A stretch of DNA of 64,000 nt. Source: Eledone cirrhosa. Lineage: Eukaryota. Under the pieces are notes generated by a model that was given only the letters and a program-made list of their open reading frames with translations, made no database searches and was not told the origin of the DNA. Shown here one piece after another: positions 11,356 through 23,367 of the stretch (within the stretch, counting starts at the first letter, position 1; each line of letters starts with the position of its first letter). The stretch covers positions 212,722,001-212,786,000 of the forward strand of contig OZ024742.1 in assembly GCA_964016885.1 (NCBI GenBank), written 5' to 3'. The position numbers were made by a program, and so were the translations under genes.

Positions 11356-11887
11356 TTATATTATGTTTTGATTTGTTTGATCATCAATTGGTGTTTTATT
11401 CTTGGATACTTTGGTATTATGTATAACACTGGATGTTGATTGGACATCAAACTGATCAAAAAGTAACACAGATTAGAAACACATTTCATCTAAAAAAAAC
11501 ATGAGGTTAATTTTATTTTGTCAGTTAGAGAAGCCAATGCTCATAATCCCTTCAGGAGATAGGGATTACTGGGTGGGTTTGTATGGTTACTGATTGTTTT
11601 GGACTAGTTATAGGTAAAATATAGACAAAGAAGGAGTTTCAGAGAGATGTAATCCTCAAAGGGAAAGATGAAGAATAGTGTTTAATATGTAGTCAGGAAG
11701 GAGGAGAAATAGCTAGTGCATTAAGTGGGCTTAAAGTTAGTGTCCAGAAGAACAGAGATGACTATATTCAGAAAGAAATAGTATAATATATTGAATAAAA
11801 CTTTACTTATCAAGTAGATGGACATTTTTTATGATGTGACCAAAAAGAAAAAGAATACCAGCACAATATGAATTTGATGGGGAGGAT

Positions 11888-14800
11888 CATCATCATCATC
11901 ATTTTATGTCCGCTTTTCCCTGCTTGCAAGGGTGGGACGGGTCTTATTCAGCACAGCATCTCTCCACTCGTCACGGTCCCTCGTCATCTCCACCGTGAGC
12001 TTCAATGATCTGAGGTCTGTTCTCACCACCTCCGCCCATGTTTTTCGTGGTCTACCTCTACCACGTCTTCCTTCAACTGGCATTTCCTGGCACTTCTTCA
12101 CCCATCGGTCATCCTCCATGCGCATCACATGTCCATACCACCTCAGTCTCCTCTCCCGTACACTACATTCTATCCCTCTGACACAGTTTCTCTCTCAACA
12201 CATTTATGCTGGGTCGTTCACGCACATTTACACTGCACATCCAACGGAGCATGCTTGCCTCATTTCTCTCCAGCCGTCGCATATCCTCTGCGGTTGCTGC
12301 CCATGTCTCACTACCATGCAGCATCGCGCTCCTCACACAGGCATCATACAACCGGCCTTTCGTACGCAGGGAGAAACCCTTCTTCGTCAACAGAGGAAGC
12401 AGCTCCCTAAACTTCTTCCAACCCGTCCTTATTCTAGATACTATGGCCTCGGAACACCCTCCTCCCATGCTAATCTGATCTCCCAGGTACTGGAAGCTAT
12501 CCACCACTTCTATAGCGCCCTCTCGCATTTGAAAAATGTGTCTATCAGTGCGACTTCTACTGTCTAATTTCCCTGTACATCTGCTGCATACATATTTCTC
12601 CCTACCTGTTAGTTTGCCTGCTATACCGCTACATCTCTTGTGTACCCAGGACCTGCATTGTGTGCATTTTATAGAATTTATGCCAGTTCCTTTTCTGCAT
12701 ATCGAACATGGCCATTTCCCTGACGGAATCAGGGTTTTGTCCTCTTTTCTACTCATCAACACTTTTGTCTTAGCTAGATTTACTCTCAGTCCTCTTGCTT
12801 CCAACTGCTGTTTCCATAGCCGGAATTTATTCTCTAGCTCCTCTACTGATTCTGCTATAAGAGCCAGATCGTCAGCATAGAGAAGTTCCCATGGACAGCC
12901 AGTCTTAAACTCCTGTTATGGCTTGGAGGACTATAATGAACAAGAGCGGGCTGAGGACCGAACCCTGATGTACTCCTACTTGTATCTGGAATTCCTCACT
13001 AAACTCCATTCCTACCCTGACTTTACTGAGAGTACCTCTGTACAAAGTTTGCACTGTCCTCACAAGCCATTCCTCAACACCTAGCTTCCTTAGGGACCAC
13101 CAGATGACAGATCGGGGTACCCTATCAAAGGCCTTCTCTAGGTCAACAAAGGCTAAGTATAGTGGCTTATTCTTCTCTAAGAACCTCTCTTGCATTTGTC
13201 TCACCAAGAAGAGGGCATCTGTTGTACTCTTCCCAGGCACAAAACCAAACTGCATCTCATCTAGTTTGACCCTTTCTCTAATTAGTTGTGCTAAAATCCT
13301 TTCTGCCACTTTCATAACCTGATCTATCAGTTTTATACCCCTATAATTGCTCCTCTCCAAAGCATCCCCTTTACCATTGTAGCAATTTATGAGAATACTG
13401 CTGCACCAGTCTTTGGGTATGACACCACCATATATAGCCTGATTGATGATGCGTGCAACCAGTTTAGTGCCTACGTCCCCTGATGCTTTCAGCATCTCAG
13501 CAACTATTCCCGATGGTCTGGCCGCCTTACCATTTTTCATTTCCCTAATCGCCTCTTGGACCCTATATTCGTCAATCTCAATAGCTGGTCCCTCTGTCGG
13601 ATCTACCAAGGGTAATTTCTCTCTCTCCCATTCGTTCTCCACATTCATCAGTCTCTCATAATGACATTTCCAGGCCTCCTTTTTCTGGTCATTCGTGACA
13701 CTAAGTACACCGGCATCATCCCGGACACATTTATCACCAACAACATCCTGATTTGCATTGACACACTGCCTTGCAATGTGGAACACCGCACGCCTCTGAT
13801 CTTCCCGTCGCAGAACATTGGCAAACCTCCTACTCTCTGCCTCCCTGCGTGCTAAGTACACCTGACGTCTAGCTTCTCTCTTAGTGGCTGTATATTCTTC
13901 CCTACTCCCACCCTTTTTCCAAGCCTTCCATGCTAGTCTTTTGTCTCTAATAGCCTTATCTACTGTGCTGTTCCACCACCAGGTCACTCTCTGTCTGGTT
14001 GGAGCTCTGCTCCAGCCACAGGTTTCATCAGTAGCCTGCAGCAAGTTGTCACGTAAGAACTTCCAGTTATTATCTATGTCATACGTCTCTAAATCGTCTT
14101 CTTTTTCGTCATATACATCTTGAAGGGCTTTCCTAAATTTGAATTTTAGTGAAAGGTCTTTTAGCTTCCAGACCTTTCTTCTCCACACCTTCCTATATGT
14201 CTCATTCCATCTCTTGCTTACTGAGATATCACTAACAACTAACCTATGCTGTGGGGTACATTCTTCCCCAGGGTATGCCTTGGTATTAGACACTATCTGC
14301 CTGTCCCGCTGCCTAACTAGCAGGAAGTCAATCTGGCTTATGTGCTCACCAGATTTGTAGGTTATTAGGTGATTGGCAGGTTTCTGGAAGTTTGTGTTGC
14401 AAATAGTCAATGTACTTGCATCACAAAATTCAAGAAGTCTCACTCCTTCTTCATTTCTTGAACCGTAACCGTGCCCACCATGTACCCCAGTGTAACCATC
14501 CTGGAGCTGTCCAACATGACCATTGAAGTCTCCTGCTAGCATAACGATGTCTCCGTCCTCTGTCATTGTGGTTGTTTGCAAAAGTTGCTCATAAAAGCAG
14601 TCTTTCTCATCTTTGCCTAGGCCTGCTTGGGGAGCATAGACCGAGATGATTGTCAGTAGTCTCCTACCTACAACTAATCTAAGCTTAATTATTCGATTAC
14701 TAACTCGAACTACCTCTATTGTCTTATCGATCCATTTCTCAGCCAGGAAAATGCCTACTCCCCCTAACCCATCATCCTTACCTACCCAGAATAGCTTATA

Positions 14801-15040
14801 GCTAAGACGCTTGCCTACGACTAGTCTCGCAGAGGCACCTCTCCATCTCACCTCTTGCACGCAGCACACATCCACTTGCCTTCTCTCCAGCATCTCCGCT
14901 ATTTCAGCAGATCTACCTCTGAGAGTGCCAACATTAAGTGTTGCAACTCTGAGATGCGACGTCTTCATATTTTTCTATGCTGTTTTGTTGCTGTGCTGAT
15001 AAGTTTTTTGGCATTGATACACTGGTTGGATGCCCTTCCT
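11888..15040 (-). mobile_element. Near full-length RTE-clade LINE family A
   Basis: 5' GGAAGGGCATCC motif (~15028-15040), single APE-RT ORF, (gat)n tail; candidate 5-bp TSD aggat at 11883-11887 and 15041-15045. Confidence 0.95.
11904..14968 (-). pseudogene. RTE ORF: AP endonuclease + reverse transcriptase with inserted PHD finger; two 2-bp frameshifts (~12910, ~12180)
   Basis: APE motifs LNVGTL, VQEVRW, YAPQ, GDFNGHVG, SQIDF, PQHRLV; RT motifs QFGF, FVDLEKAFDRV, GVHQGSVLSPLLF, YADDL; frameshifts seen by comparison with 22016-23337. Confidence 0.93.
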
Positions 15041-15326
15041 AGGATATTTTTAAAATTTTGAAGTTTGTGACTAAAATAATTTATCTTTTCATACTTAATA
15101 TTTTTTGTTGTTTAATAATCTTTATTAGTTCAGACACATCACCAGAAGTACTTATGCAATCACCCAAGTATACAATGATGATTTAACAGAAATGAAACCT
15201 TTATTGATAACTTTTGGTGGAACTTTCATCATCATCACAATAATATTTATTTTAGACATTAGCATAAGTCCCCAAAATTTGGAAGAAGAGTGTAGTCAAT
15301 TACATGGACATATTTTACTTTATTAA

Positions 15327-15510
15327 CCCTTTAGCATTCACATATACTATTATATTTTCATGGTAAAGGCTTTACCTCACATAATATCGAATCTATGAGA
15401 TTTTGAAAGTATTTATTTTGAGAACAAAAAAACATCAGTTTGAGCGGCCAGTTACAGCCAGTTTCAACAGAAAGAGGTAGAGAATTCTGGCCGGTTTGAA
15501 CATTAAAGGG
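15327..15510 (+). mobile_element. piggyBac-type MITE family 1
   Basis: TTAA at 15323-15326 and 15511-15514; CCCTTTA/TAAAGGG termini; inserted in a degenerate minus-strand SINE. Confidence 0.8.
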
Positions 15511-15857
15511 TTAACCCCATAAGGATAAAAGGCTAAGTCAAACCTGGTGGAAATTGAATTTGGAATTGTAAAGGGCTACAACTAAATACCTCAGGGTATT
15601 TTCTTTATTGTTTAACCAAATCTGCCAAACCTGTACCCTCTCTTTCCAATAATATTAGCAAATATCAATGTAAATGAAAAAGTATCAAACTGGATTTCAA
15701 ATCATATTCCAGACTTGGCTTTTCAACAGACTGAATATAGAATAATTATATTGAATAAAATGTGTTTTGAGTGAAGATTTAATATACAGCTAATGCACAC
15801 ATTAATGGATATACCATAGTTATATATTGTCAAGTTTGAATTAACTGAACATCATTA

Positions 15858-16053
15858 CAGTGGATTGGCAATATCGGTAGAGGGTCGGACGCCATGCTTT
15901 GCAGCAAAGAGTTACGGCCCTTTATGGCCGTAACTCTTTGCTGCCGAGGTTAACTTTGCCTTTCATCCTTACAGGATCGATAAAATAAAGTACCAGTAAT
16001 ACACTGGGATAATTGCTGGCCTTGTGCCAAAAGTAGAAACAATTATTATTATT
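15858..16053 (+). mobile_element. tRNA-derived SINE (same family as 5501)
   Basis: Homology to 5501-5694; (att)n tail. Confidence 0.8.
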
Positions 16054-16097
16054 ATTATTATTTTCATTAAAATCACTTAGCCTAGATTAATATATCT

Positions 16098-16217
16098 ATA
16101 ATTGTTTCTACTTTAGGCACAAGGCCAGCAATTATCCCAGTGCATTACCGGTACTTTATTTTATCGACCCCGTAAGGATGAAAGGCAAAGTCAACCTCGG
16201 CGGGATTTGAACTCAGA
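16098..16217 (-). mobile_element. 5'-truncated SINE (same family as 5501) with TSD
   Basis: Flanked by direct repeat agattaatatatctataat at 16084-16102 and 16215-16233. Confidence 0.85.
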
Positions 16218-16696
16218 TTAATATATCTATAATGTTGTTAAGACATATTTTAATACATTCTTCTAAGTCCCTAACAGACAATTTTCTATAAGTAAATATT
16301 CACAGATGAAGCAGCTGAGTGGTGAAGACATGCTCCTAGTTTTAACTTTTTTATATCACACAATAACTTTTTTCGTTTTTCCTGATGAGGTACAGAGAAA
16401 TGCTATGGATGTGAAAATCAGAAGAAAATTACCATCATCATCCTCATCAACACCATCACTACAATGACACACTTCTTCTGATTTCTAGAAATTATATCAC
16501 ATATTGTAATCATCATCATCGTTTAACTTCAGCTTTCTCTGTTAGCAAGGGTTGGATAGGTTTACAGACCAAGCCGGTACTGAAGCAGGGCTACTCATCT
16601 CCCAGACAACGGGTGGGGTCTGCATCAGGCTTACATATGGACTTATGCTCTATCGAGTGCACAGGAGAGGTTGTCAATTTTTAACACACAATTAAT

Positions 16697-17034
16697 GGAG
16701 GCTCATGGCTTAGTGGTTAGAGCATTGGCCTTGCAATAGAAAGGTTGTGAGTTCAATTCTCAGACCGGATGATGTGTTGTTTCCCTGAGCAAGACACTTT
16801 ATTTCACATTGCTCCAGTTTACTCAGCTGTAGAAATGAGATGATAGGGACTGGGGTACATATTATTCCATTGCAAAGTGGTCGTGGAGGTGCCACGGCAA
16901 AAAAGCACCCAGTACTCACTGTAAATGAGGTTGGTGTTAGGAAGGGCATCCAGCTGTAGAAATCAAGCCAGAATCAGTTCCCGTCCCACCCTTGCAAGCA
17001 GGGAAAAAGCAGACGTAAAATGAAATGAAATGAA
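16697..17034 (+). mobile_element. tRNA-CORE SINE with RTE-derived body and family-A 3' tail
   Basis: tRNA head (tggcttagtgg, gagttcaattc); CORE-like ccctgagcaagacacttt...tgctccagtttactcagctgtagaaatgag; ggaagggcatccagctgtagaaa; tail ccgtcccacccttgcaagcagggaaaa matches RTE-A end. Confidence 0.85.
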
Positions 17035-18479
17035 TTGAAGGGTCTTCCCAACCCTTTGTTTAGTAAGCTTTCTATGACTGGATGCCATTCATATCACCAA
17101 CCACTTTACAGGGTGTGTACTGGGTGTGTTTATCATATAGTGATCTATACTAGAGAGGTTGACAAGCCATGATGTGACTAAAGTGTCCTCTCAACTCTCT
17201 TTTTTTTATAGGCATAGTTTCTAAGGCAGGGTATCCTTCTTGTTGCCATCCACCTTACAGGGTGTACTGGTTTGGTCCTTGTCCCAGTGGAAGAGCCTTC
17301 CCTACTCAGTGAGGGGGAGTGTAAAAGGAGGGAGATAAATGTGAAGTTATGGCAAGTGTTATTTGACAGGTTGGTGAGTGGGGGCATGGATGGTTTGGTC
17401 ATTAGCGCTGGGTGACAGGAAGGGGAGGTGCAGTGACAGGGAGAATAGATAAGAGGTGATAGTGCATGAGTGGGGTGCATTGGGGTGAAGAGACTAGATA
17501 CTACAGTGTGAGGGTATCTAGGGTGTTTTTGGTGGGGGGGTTGGGGTGGGGTGGGGGAAACAGCAGCTAAGAAATGAAAACAGGAGTAGGGGGGAACAAG
17601 GATGAAGTGGGGCAGTGTAATGATGGTGAGTGCTAGGGAGTGCTAGTAGGAGGGGCATAGGTAGGAAGAGAACTATATTGTTTTAAATATTCCCTAATAT
17701 ATTCTACATTTATAACTCTTTCATGAGTATGACAATGCAGATCATAGGTGAACACTTCTGCCTCAACTTCAAAACCGGCAAGTATGTCTAGCTTGGTAGC
17801 TAAACACCCTGTTCTCCTTGCCTTAGAAAGTGGCACAAAGGAAGCACGAGTACCCAATTAAACACAGGCTCCCTTTTAATCAGTACTATGAAAGCTGCTT
17901 CAATTTCTAAAACACCAGCCACCAACCTCTGACTACCACTGTAACCAAACACTTTGGAGATAATATTCTGCACATCTATCTAACTATAATTGATGTTTGA
18001 TAAACTTAGGACCTTTCCTCATATTACAGTTTCACAGCCATAATAAAGGTGACTCATATAGGAGGTTCAGCAATCTGAACAAACTCAACAGCTTACAAAA
18101 AATGTTCTACTCTAACTGTATGGACTCAGGAAGTCACAGCGAACACAACCTGTTCAGAAGAGCAGAAACCATAGATTAAAAACAGATAAGTCTAGAGGGA
18201 ACACTGTAGTACTAGAAGACTATTTCTCTAGTGTTGATGGCACAATAAAATACACTCAGTCCATGTTGTACAGTTGTTGAAGATGGGAAGGGCATCCAGG
18301 TCCTGGCCACCAAAACAACAATAATAACTGTGTGCCACATTCATAACAGTCGCAAAGACAATGTTAGTGCTATGCCTGGTAGTGGAGTAGTCAGCTGTGA
18401 ACATCTGGTTATATGTGAGCACGCTTTGAATGTAATCAAAGGGTGAGACCAACTCTCAGGAAACAGACATCAAAGAATT

Positions 18480-20260
18480 CATCCACCATTGGAAACTCTT
18501 CTCTTCGAGTCGAGTATAAAATTTCAGAGCTGCCACTATCAATGTTGGGACAATAAAAAAGTAGTGATAGTAGAAATACTAGAATAAAGGTGAATAGATG
18601 TGTGGTATCTATTAGAGGTAAGATGGAGATGAACCTTACCCTGACACTTCAAAGGCAAGAACCACAAGTACAACAGCACAAGGTACAGTGAAGAAGGCAT
18701 ATTGTTGGCATAGAAATGGATAAAGCAGTTGAGTTAACTAGAGTATGTGATAGAATAATAAAGCTTAGTCACAGACAACATGAAATCAACAGTAATCTCT
18801 GGATATGCACCACAATACTACAATTAGGATTGACAGAGCATAAGGACTATTTTTATGATGTTCTCATGAATTATACCTTGATAGTGACCCCGTTATCATA
18901 GCTAGGGACTTTAATTGGGATCCTGGGCAATGTCATGATAGCTACTCCAATGTACATGGAGGCTATGAATATGATAGACAGAATGAAGAGAGATAAAGTC
19001 TCTTGGAGTTCTGTCATGCAACACTAACTTCAGGAAACTGGTCAGCTACCTGATCAGCTAGTAATTAGGAAAACAGACTTCACATTCACCAGGAAGTGAG
19101 ATATACTTTCCTTCGTTAAAAATGTACAACTCAACATACCTGGAGATTAAAGACAATCTGGAAAGAAAAGTACAGAAGCTGAAATATCCATTGGCCTGAT
19201 GTAGATTGAAAGAAGTATAAAGTGACATACATGTTGAGAAGGGAAGTGGGAGATAGAGACATCTAGCATAGAAGACAACTGGGAATTTCTACGAGACAAC
19301 AAAACAAATCTGTGGATTGAGTCTGGTTCCAGTCAAACTGAAGGTGACATAGTAATGTAATAGCAAAGAAGATAGAGGCCTGAAAAGGGGCCAATCTAAG
19401 GGCCAATTACTATACCTAGCATTCATTGACCTGCAAAATGCCTTTTACAGAGTATTGTGAAGTCTGGTGTTTACTATGAAAACTAAGTGTATATGAATGC
19501 TTTGTGAGAGTAGTGCTAGCCAGGTAGGTATAGGGATGTAGTCAGCATAGTGAGTGTGAGAAATGAGTTCAGTGAAGAATTTAGGATGTAGGTGGGCATC
19601 CATCAGAGTTCAGTTTTCACCCTCTCTTCTTTATTATAGTTCTCAAAGCCTTAATTGAGGAGTTAAAGACTGGCTGACTGTAGAAACATCTGTATGTTTA
19701 TAACCTAGTTCTTATCAGCTAATCTGTTAAAGAATTATACAAAATGAATTCTTTTAAATGCTTAGAGGATTCCCTAGAGGTAGTAGACAGTTTCTGTTAC
19801 CTTGTTGACCTAATCGGTAGTAGAAGTGGATGTTCTGAAAGCAGAGCAGCCAGAGTAAGAATGGGATGGAAAAAGTTTAAAGTGTGCTATTACCCCTGCT
19901 GGCTTCAAAGAGATTCTTCTTCAGAATAAAGAGCAGATTGTATAACACTTGTGAACAAAGTGTAATATTTCATGGGTGCTGAATGCAAAGGATGTATGAA
20001 GGCTGGAAAGAAATGAGTTGAGTATGTTTTGCTGAAAGTGTGAAGTTAGTGAGAATGAATGATGAATCATACATGAGTTGAGAGAACAACTAGGTATAAG
20101 AGAAATCAGCTGTGGTGTGCAAAAGTGGAGACTGCACTGGTATGGGCATGTGATATATATGGAAGGAAAATGTGGATGGAGAAGACATGGGAAGAGGTGA
20201 AGGCTGAACCTCTCCAAGGAAATGGCAAAGGACTGCAATGGATGGCTGATGATTCAACAA
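18480..20260 (+). mobile_element. Old, heavily degenerate and internally deleted RTE LINE
   Basis: Residual peptides VCDRIIKL, LAFIDLQNAF, LEVVDSFCYLVDLIGSRSGCSESRAARVRMGWKKF, WYGHV. Confidence 0.8.
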
Positions 20261-21160
20261 GTAATAAAAAGAATGATTAAGAACTATAGGATCTGTGCTT
20301 TGCTTCACATTCAGAAGTATTAAGTATGAGCTAAATCTCAATCTGGCTTGGATACCAGTTTTTAGAAGGCAACATCCCAATATTACCTATATTCTATTTC
20401 CTGTAGTTAAATGAACTGAGGCATATAAAATTAGTGTACATCCCAGAGATAAACCCCAAAATAATTACAACAGCTAAGAAACTAATGACCCATGAGCTTG
20501 TAGTTCAATATCTTATTGATTCTGTCATTTCACATCTACACTCAAACAGAAATTTTTTAATGTATTTACGAGTAAGAAAGTAGCAAAGAAACAGAGTTCT
20601 AGATTAAACTCTTTATATGTTTTGAGTTCAAATTCTGCTAGGGTAAACACTTCAATTTGAAATTGTGATTAATTGTATAAATTCATTTCATGTTTATAAT
20701 ATTCACAATTTTAACACCTGTCTTGCCACTGCTATGCTAGTATGAATTGGTCTTTAGTTTGGTATGTTTCCTTTCATCTTGATCCAACATCATCTCTTAT
20801 ATGAGACCTAATCTTCTCAGATCTTACTTCACTAATGCTTTCAATAGAAGCTCAACAATTTTTGTAATAAAGTCTGAATTCAAGACTATGCACTTTCCTT
20901 CCTATAGTTCATTTTTTTCTTATAACAAAAACTAATTTTCCAACCAATGAAGAAAACTAGTTTTCTTTTTTTCTTTCACTGGTTCACTACTGGGGTACTA
21001 CTTTTAAGGGTTTTAGCCAATCATATCAAGTGATCCCAGTACATATCCCAGCCTGTACTTATTTTGTCGATACCTATTTACTGAAGGCTAAGTTAACTTT
21101 TTTAAAACAAAGGGATGCAACTCATTTATACTGATGTACAGAAACAAATGCATATATGCA

Positions 21161-21789
21161 ATCATCATAATCATCATCGTTTAACGTCCATATTCCACGC
21201 TTGCATGGGTTTGGATGGGAGTTTTCCCACTTGAGGCAAGAGTGGTTGTCTTGCTCGCATAGGACTGTCTGGTGGGTTTTCTACGGCTGGATGCCCTTCC
21301 TAACACCAACCACATTTACAGTGTGGAACTGGGAGGTTTTTACCGTGTTACCTACACGGCCACATTACAGCGTGGACTGTGTGTTTTTTTGTCGTGACAC
21401 CTACACGACCTCATTTGTTTCGGCCTGGATGTTGTGGTACCAACATAACTTTACATTGAAAGGGGTGGTGTGGATGGGGTGGGGGTAGTGGAACAGGGTA
21501 TATTTTGTTAGAGGTGCCTACTGACTGTAGTAGGTTTTACTTTGTATTTAGGTAAGGTGGGTCTTCTCTATTACTGTGTAGCGCCAAAGATCTCGGTCCA
21601 GTGACATTGTCTTGGAGAGGTGTAAGTGTGTGAGGTCGGAATTTATCAAGTCGTCCCAGGCTTTTCTGGGTCTGCCTACTCCGTGGCTACCGTCTATTTT
21701 TATTGCCCTGCACTTTTTTATACAGCTGTCGTCTTTCATGCGCATCACATGACCATACCAACGTAGCCTTCTCTCGAGTAAACAACATC
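21161..21789 (-). mobile_element. RTE family B 3' fragment with long 3' UTR (one 112-bp unit)
   Basis: ORF end ...GRPRKAWDDLINSDL...IEKTHLT; UTR homologous to 30399-31690; (gat)n tail. Confidence 0.9.
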
Positions 21790-23367
21790 ATAGGCACTAA
21801 ACTGGTTGCACGCATCATCAATCAGGCTATTTATGGTGGTGTCATACCCAAAGACTGGTGCAGCAGTATTCTCATAAATTGCTACAAAGGTAACGGGGAT
21901 GCGCTGGAGAGGAGCAATTATAGTGGTATAAAACTGATGGATCAGGTTATGAAAGTGGCAGAAAGGACAACTAATTAGAGAAAGGGTCAAACTAGATGAG
22001 ACGCAGTTTGGTTTTGTGCCTGGGAAGAGTACAACAGATGCACTCTTCTTGGTGAGACAACTACAAGAGAGGTTTTTAGAGAAAAATAAGCCACTATACT
22101 TAACCTTTGTTGACCTAGAGAAGGCCTTTGATAGGGTTCCCCGATCTGTCATCTGGTGGTCCCTAAGGAAACTAGGTGTTGAGGAATGGCTTGTGAGGAC
22201 AGTGCAAACTTTGTACAGAGGTACTGTCAGTAAAGTCAGAGTAGGAATGGAGTTTAGTGAGGAATTCCAGATACAAGTAGGAGTACATCAAGGTTTGGTC
22301 CTCAGCCCGCTCTTGTTCATTATAGTCCTCCAAGCCATAACAGAGGAGTTTAAGACTGGCTGTCCATGGGAACTTCTCTATGCTGACGATCTGGTTCTTA
22401 TAGCAGAATCAGTAGAGGAGCTAGAGAACAAATTCTGGCTATGGAAACAGCAGTTGGAAGCAAGAGGACTGAGAGTGAACCTAGCTAAGACAAAAGTGTT
22501 GATGAGAAGAAAAGAGGACAAAACTCTGATTCCGTCGGGGAAATGGCCATGTTCGATATGCAGAAAAGGAACTGGCATAAATTCTATAAAATGCACACAA
22601 TGCAGATCCTGGGTACACAAGAGATGTAGCGGGATAGCAGGCAAACTAACAGGTAGGGAGAAATATGTATGCAGTAGATGTACAGGGAAATTAGACAGTA
22701 GAAGTCGCATTGATAGACACATTTTTCAAATGCAGGTGGGTGCTATAGAAGTGGTGGATAGCTACCGGTACCTAGATCAGATTAGCATGGGAGGGGGAGG
22801 GGGTTCCGAGGCCATAGTATCTAGAATAAGGATGGGTTGGAAGAAGTTTAGGGAGCTGCTTCCTCTGCTGACGAAGAAGGGTTTCTCCCTGCGTACGAAA
22901 GGCCGGTTATATGATGTCTGTGTGAGTAGCGCGATGCTGCATGGTAGTAAGACATGGGCAGCAACTGCAGAGGATATGAGGCAAGCATGCTCCATTGGAT
23001 GTGCAATGTCAATGTGCGTGAACGACCCAGCATGAATGTGTTGAGAGAGAAACTGTGTCTGAGAGGGATAGAATGTAGTGTGCGAGAGAGGAGACTGAGG
23101 TGGTATGGACATGTGATGCGCATGGAGGATGACCGATGGGTGAAGAAGTGCCAGGAAATAACAGTTGAAGGAAGACGTGGTAGAGGTAGACCACGAAAAA
23201 CATGGGCGGAGGTGGTGAGAACAGACCTCAGATCACTGAAGCTCACGGTGGAGATGACGAAGGACCGTGACAAGTGGAGAGATGCCGTGGTAAATAAGAC
23301 CTGTCCCACCCTTGCAAGCAGGGAAAAGCGGACGTAAAATGATAATGATGATGATGATGATGATGAT
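21790..23367 (+). mobile_element. RTE family A, 5'-truncated, frameshifted
   Basis: RT motifs and PHD finger; small deletions near 21967 and 22979 relative to the 11888 copy; (gat)n tail. Confidence 0.93.

Noticed and set aside
11932-14999. Plus-strand ORFs overlapping the RTE (and equivalents in other copies)
   Set aside because: Antisense shadows of the RTE ORF
16382-16420. ctgatga...gaaa as another hammerhead
   Set aside because: No pairing for stems II or III; other ctgatga hits (e.g. 9823, 32296) fail likewise
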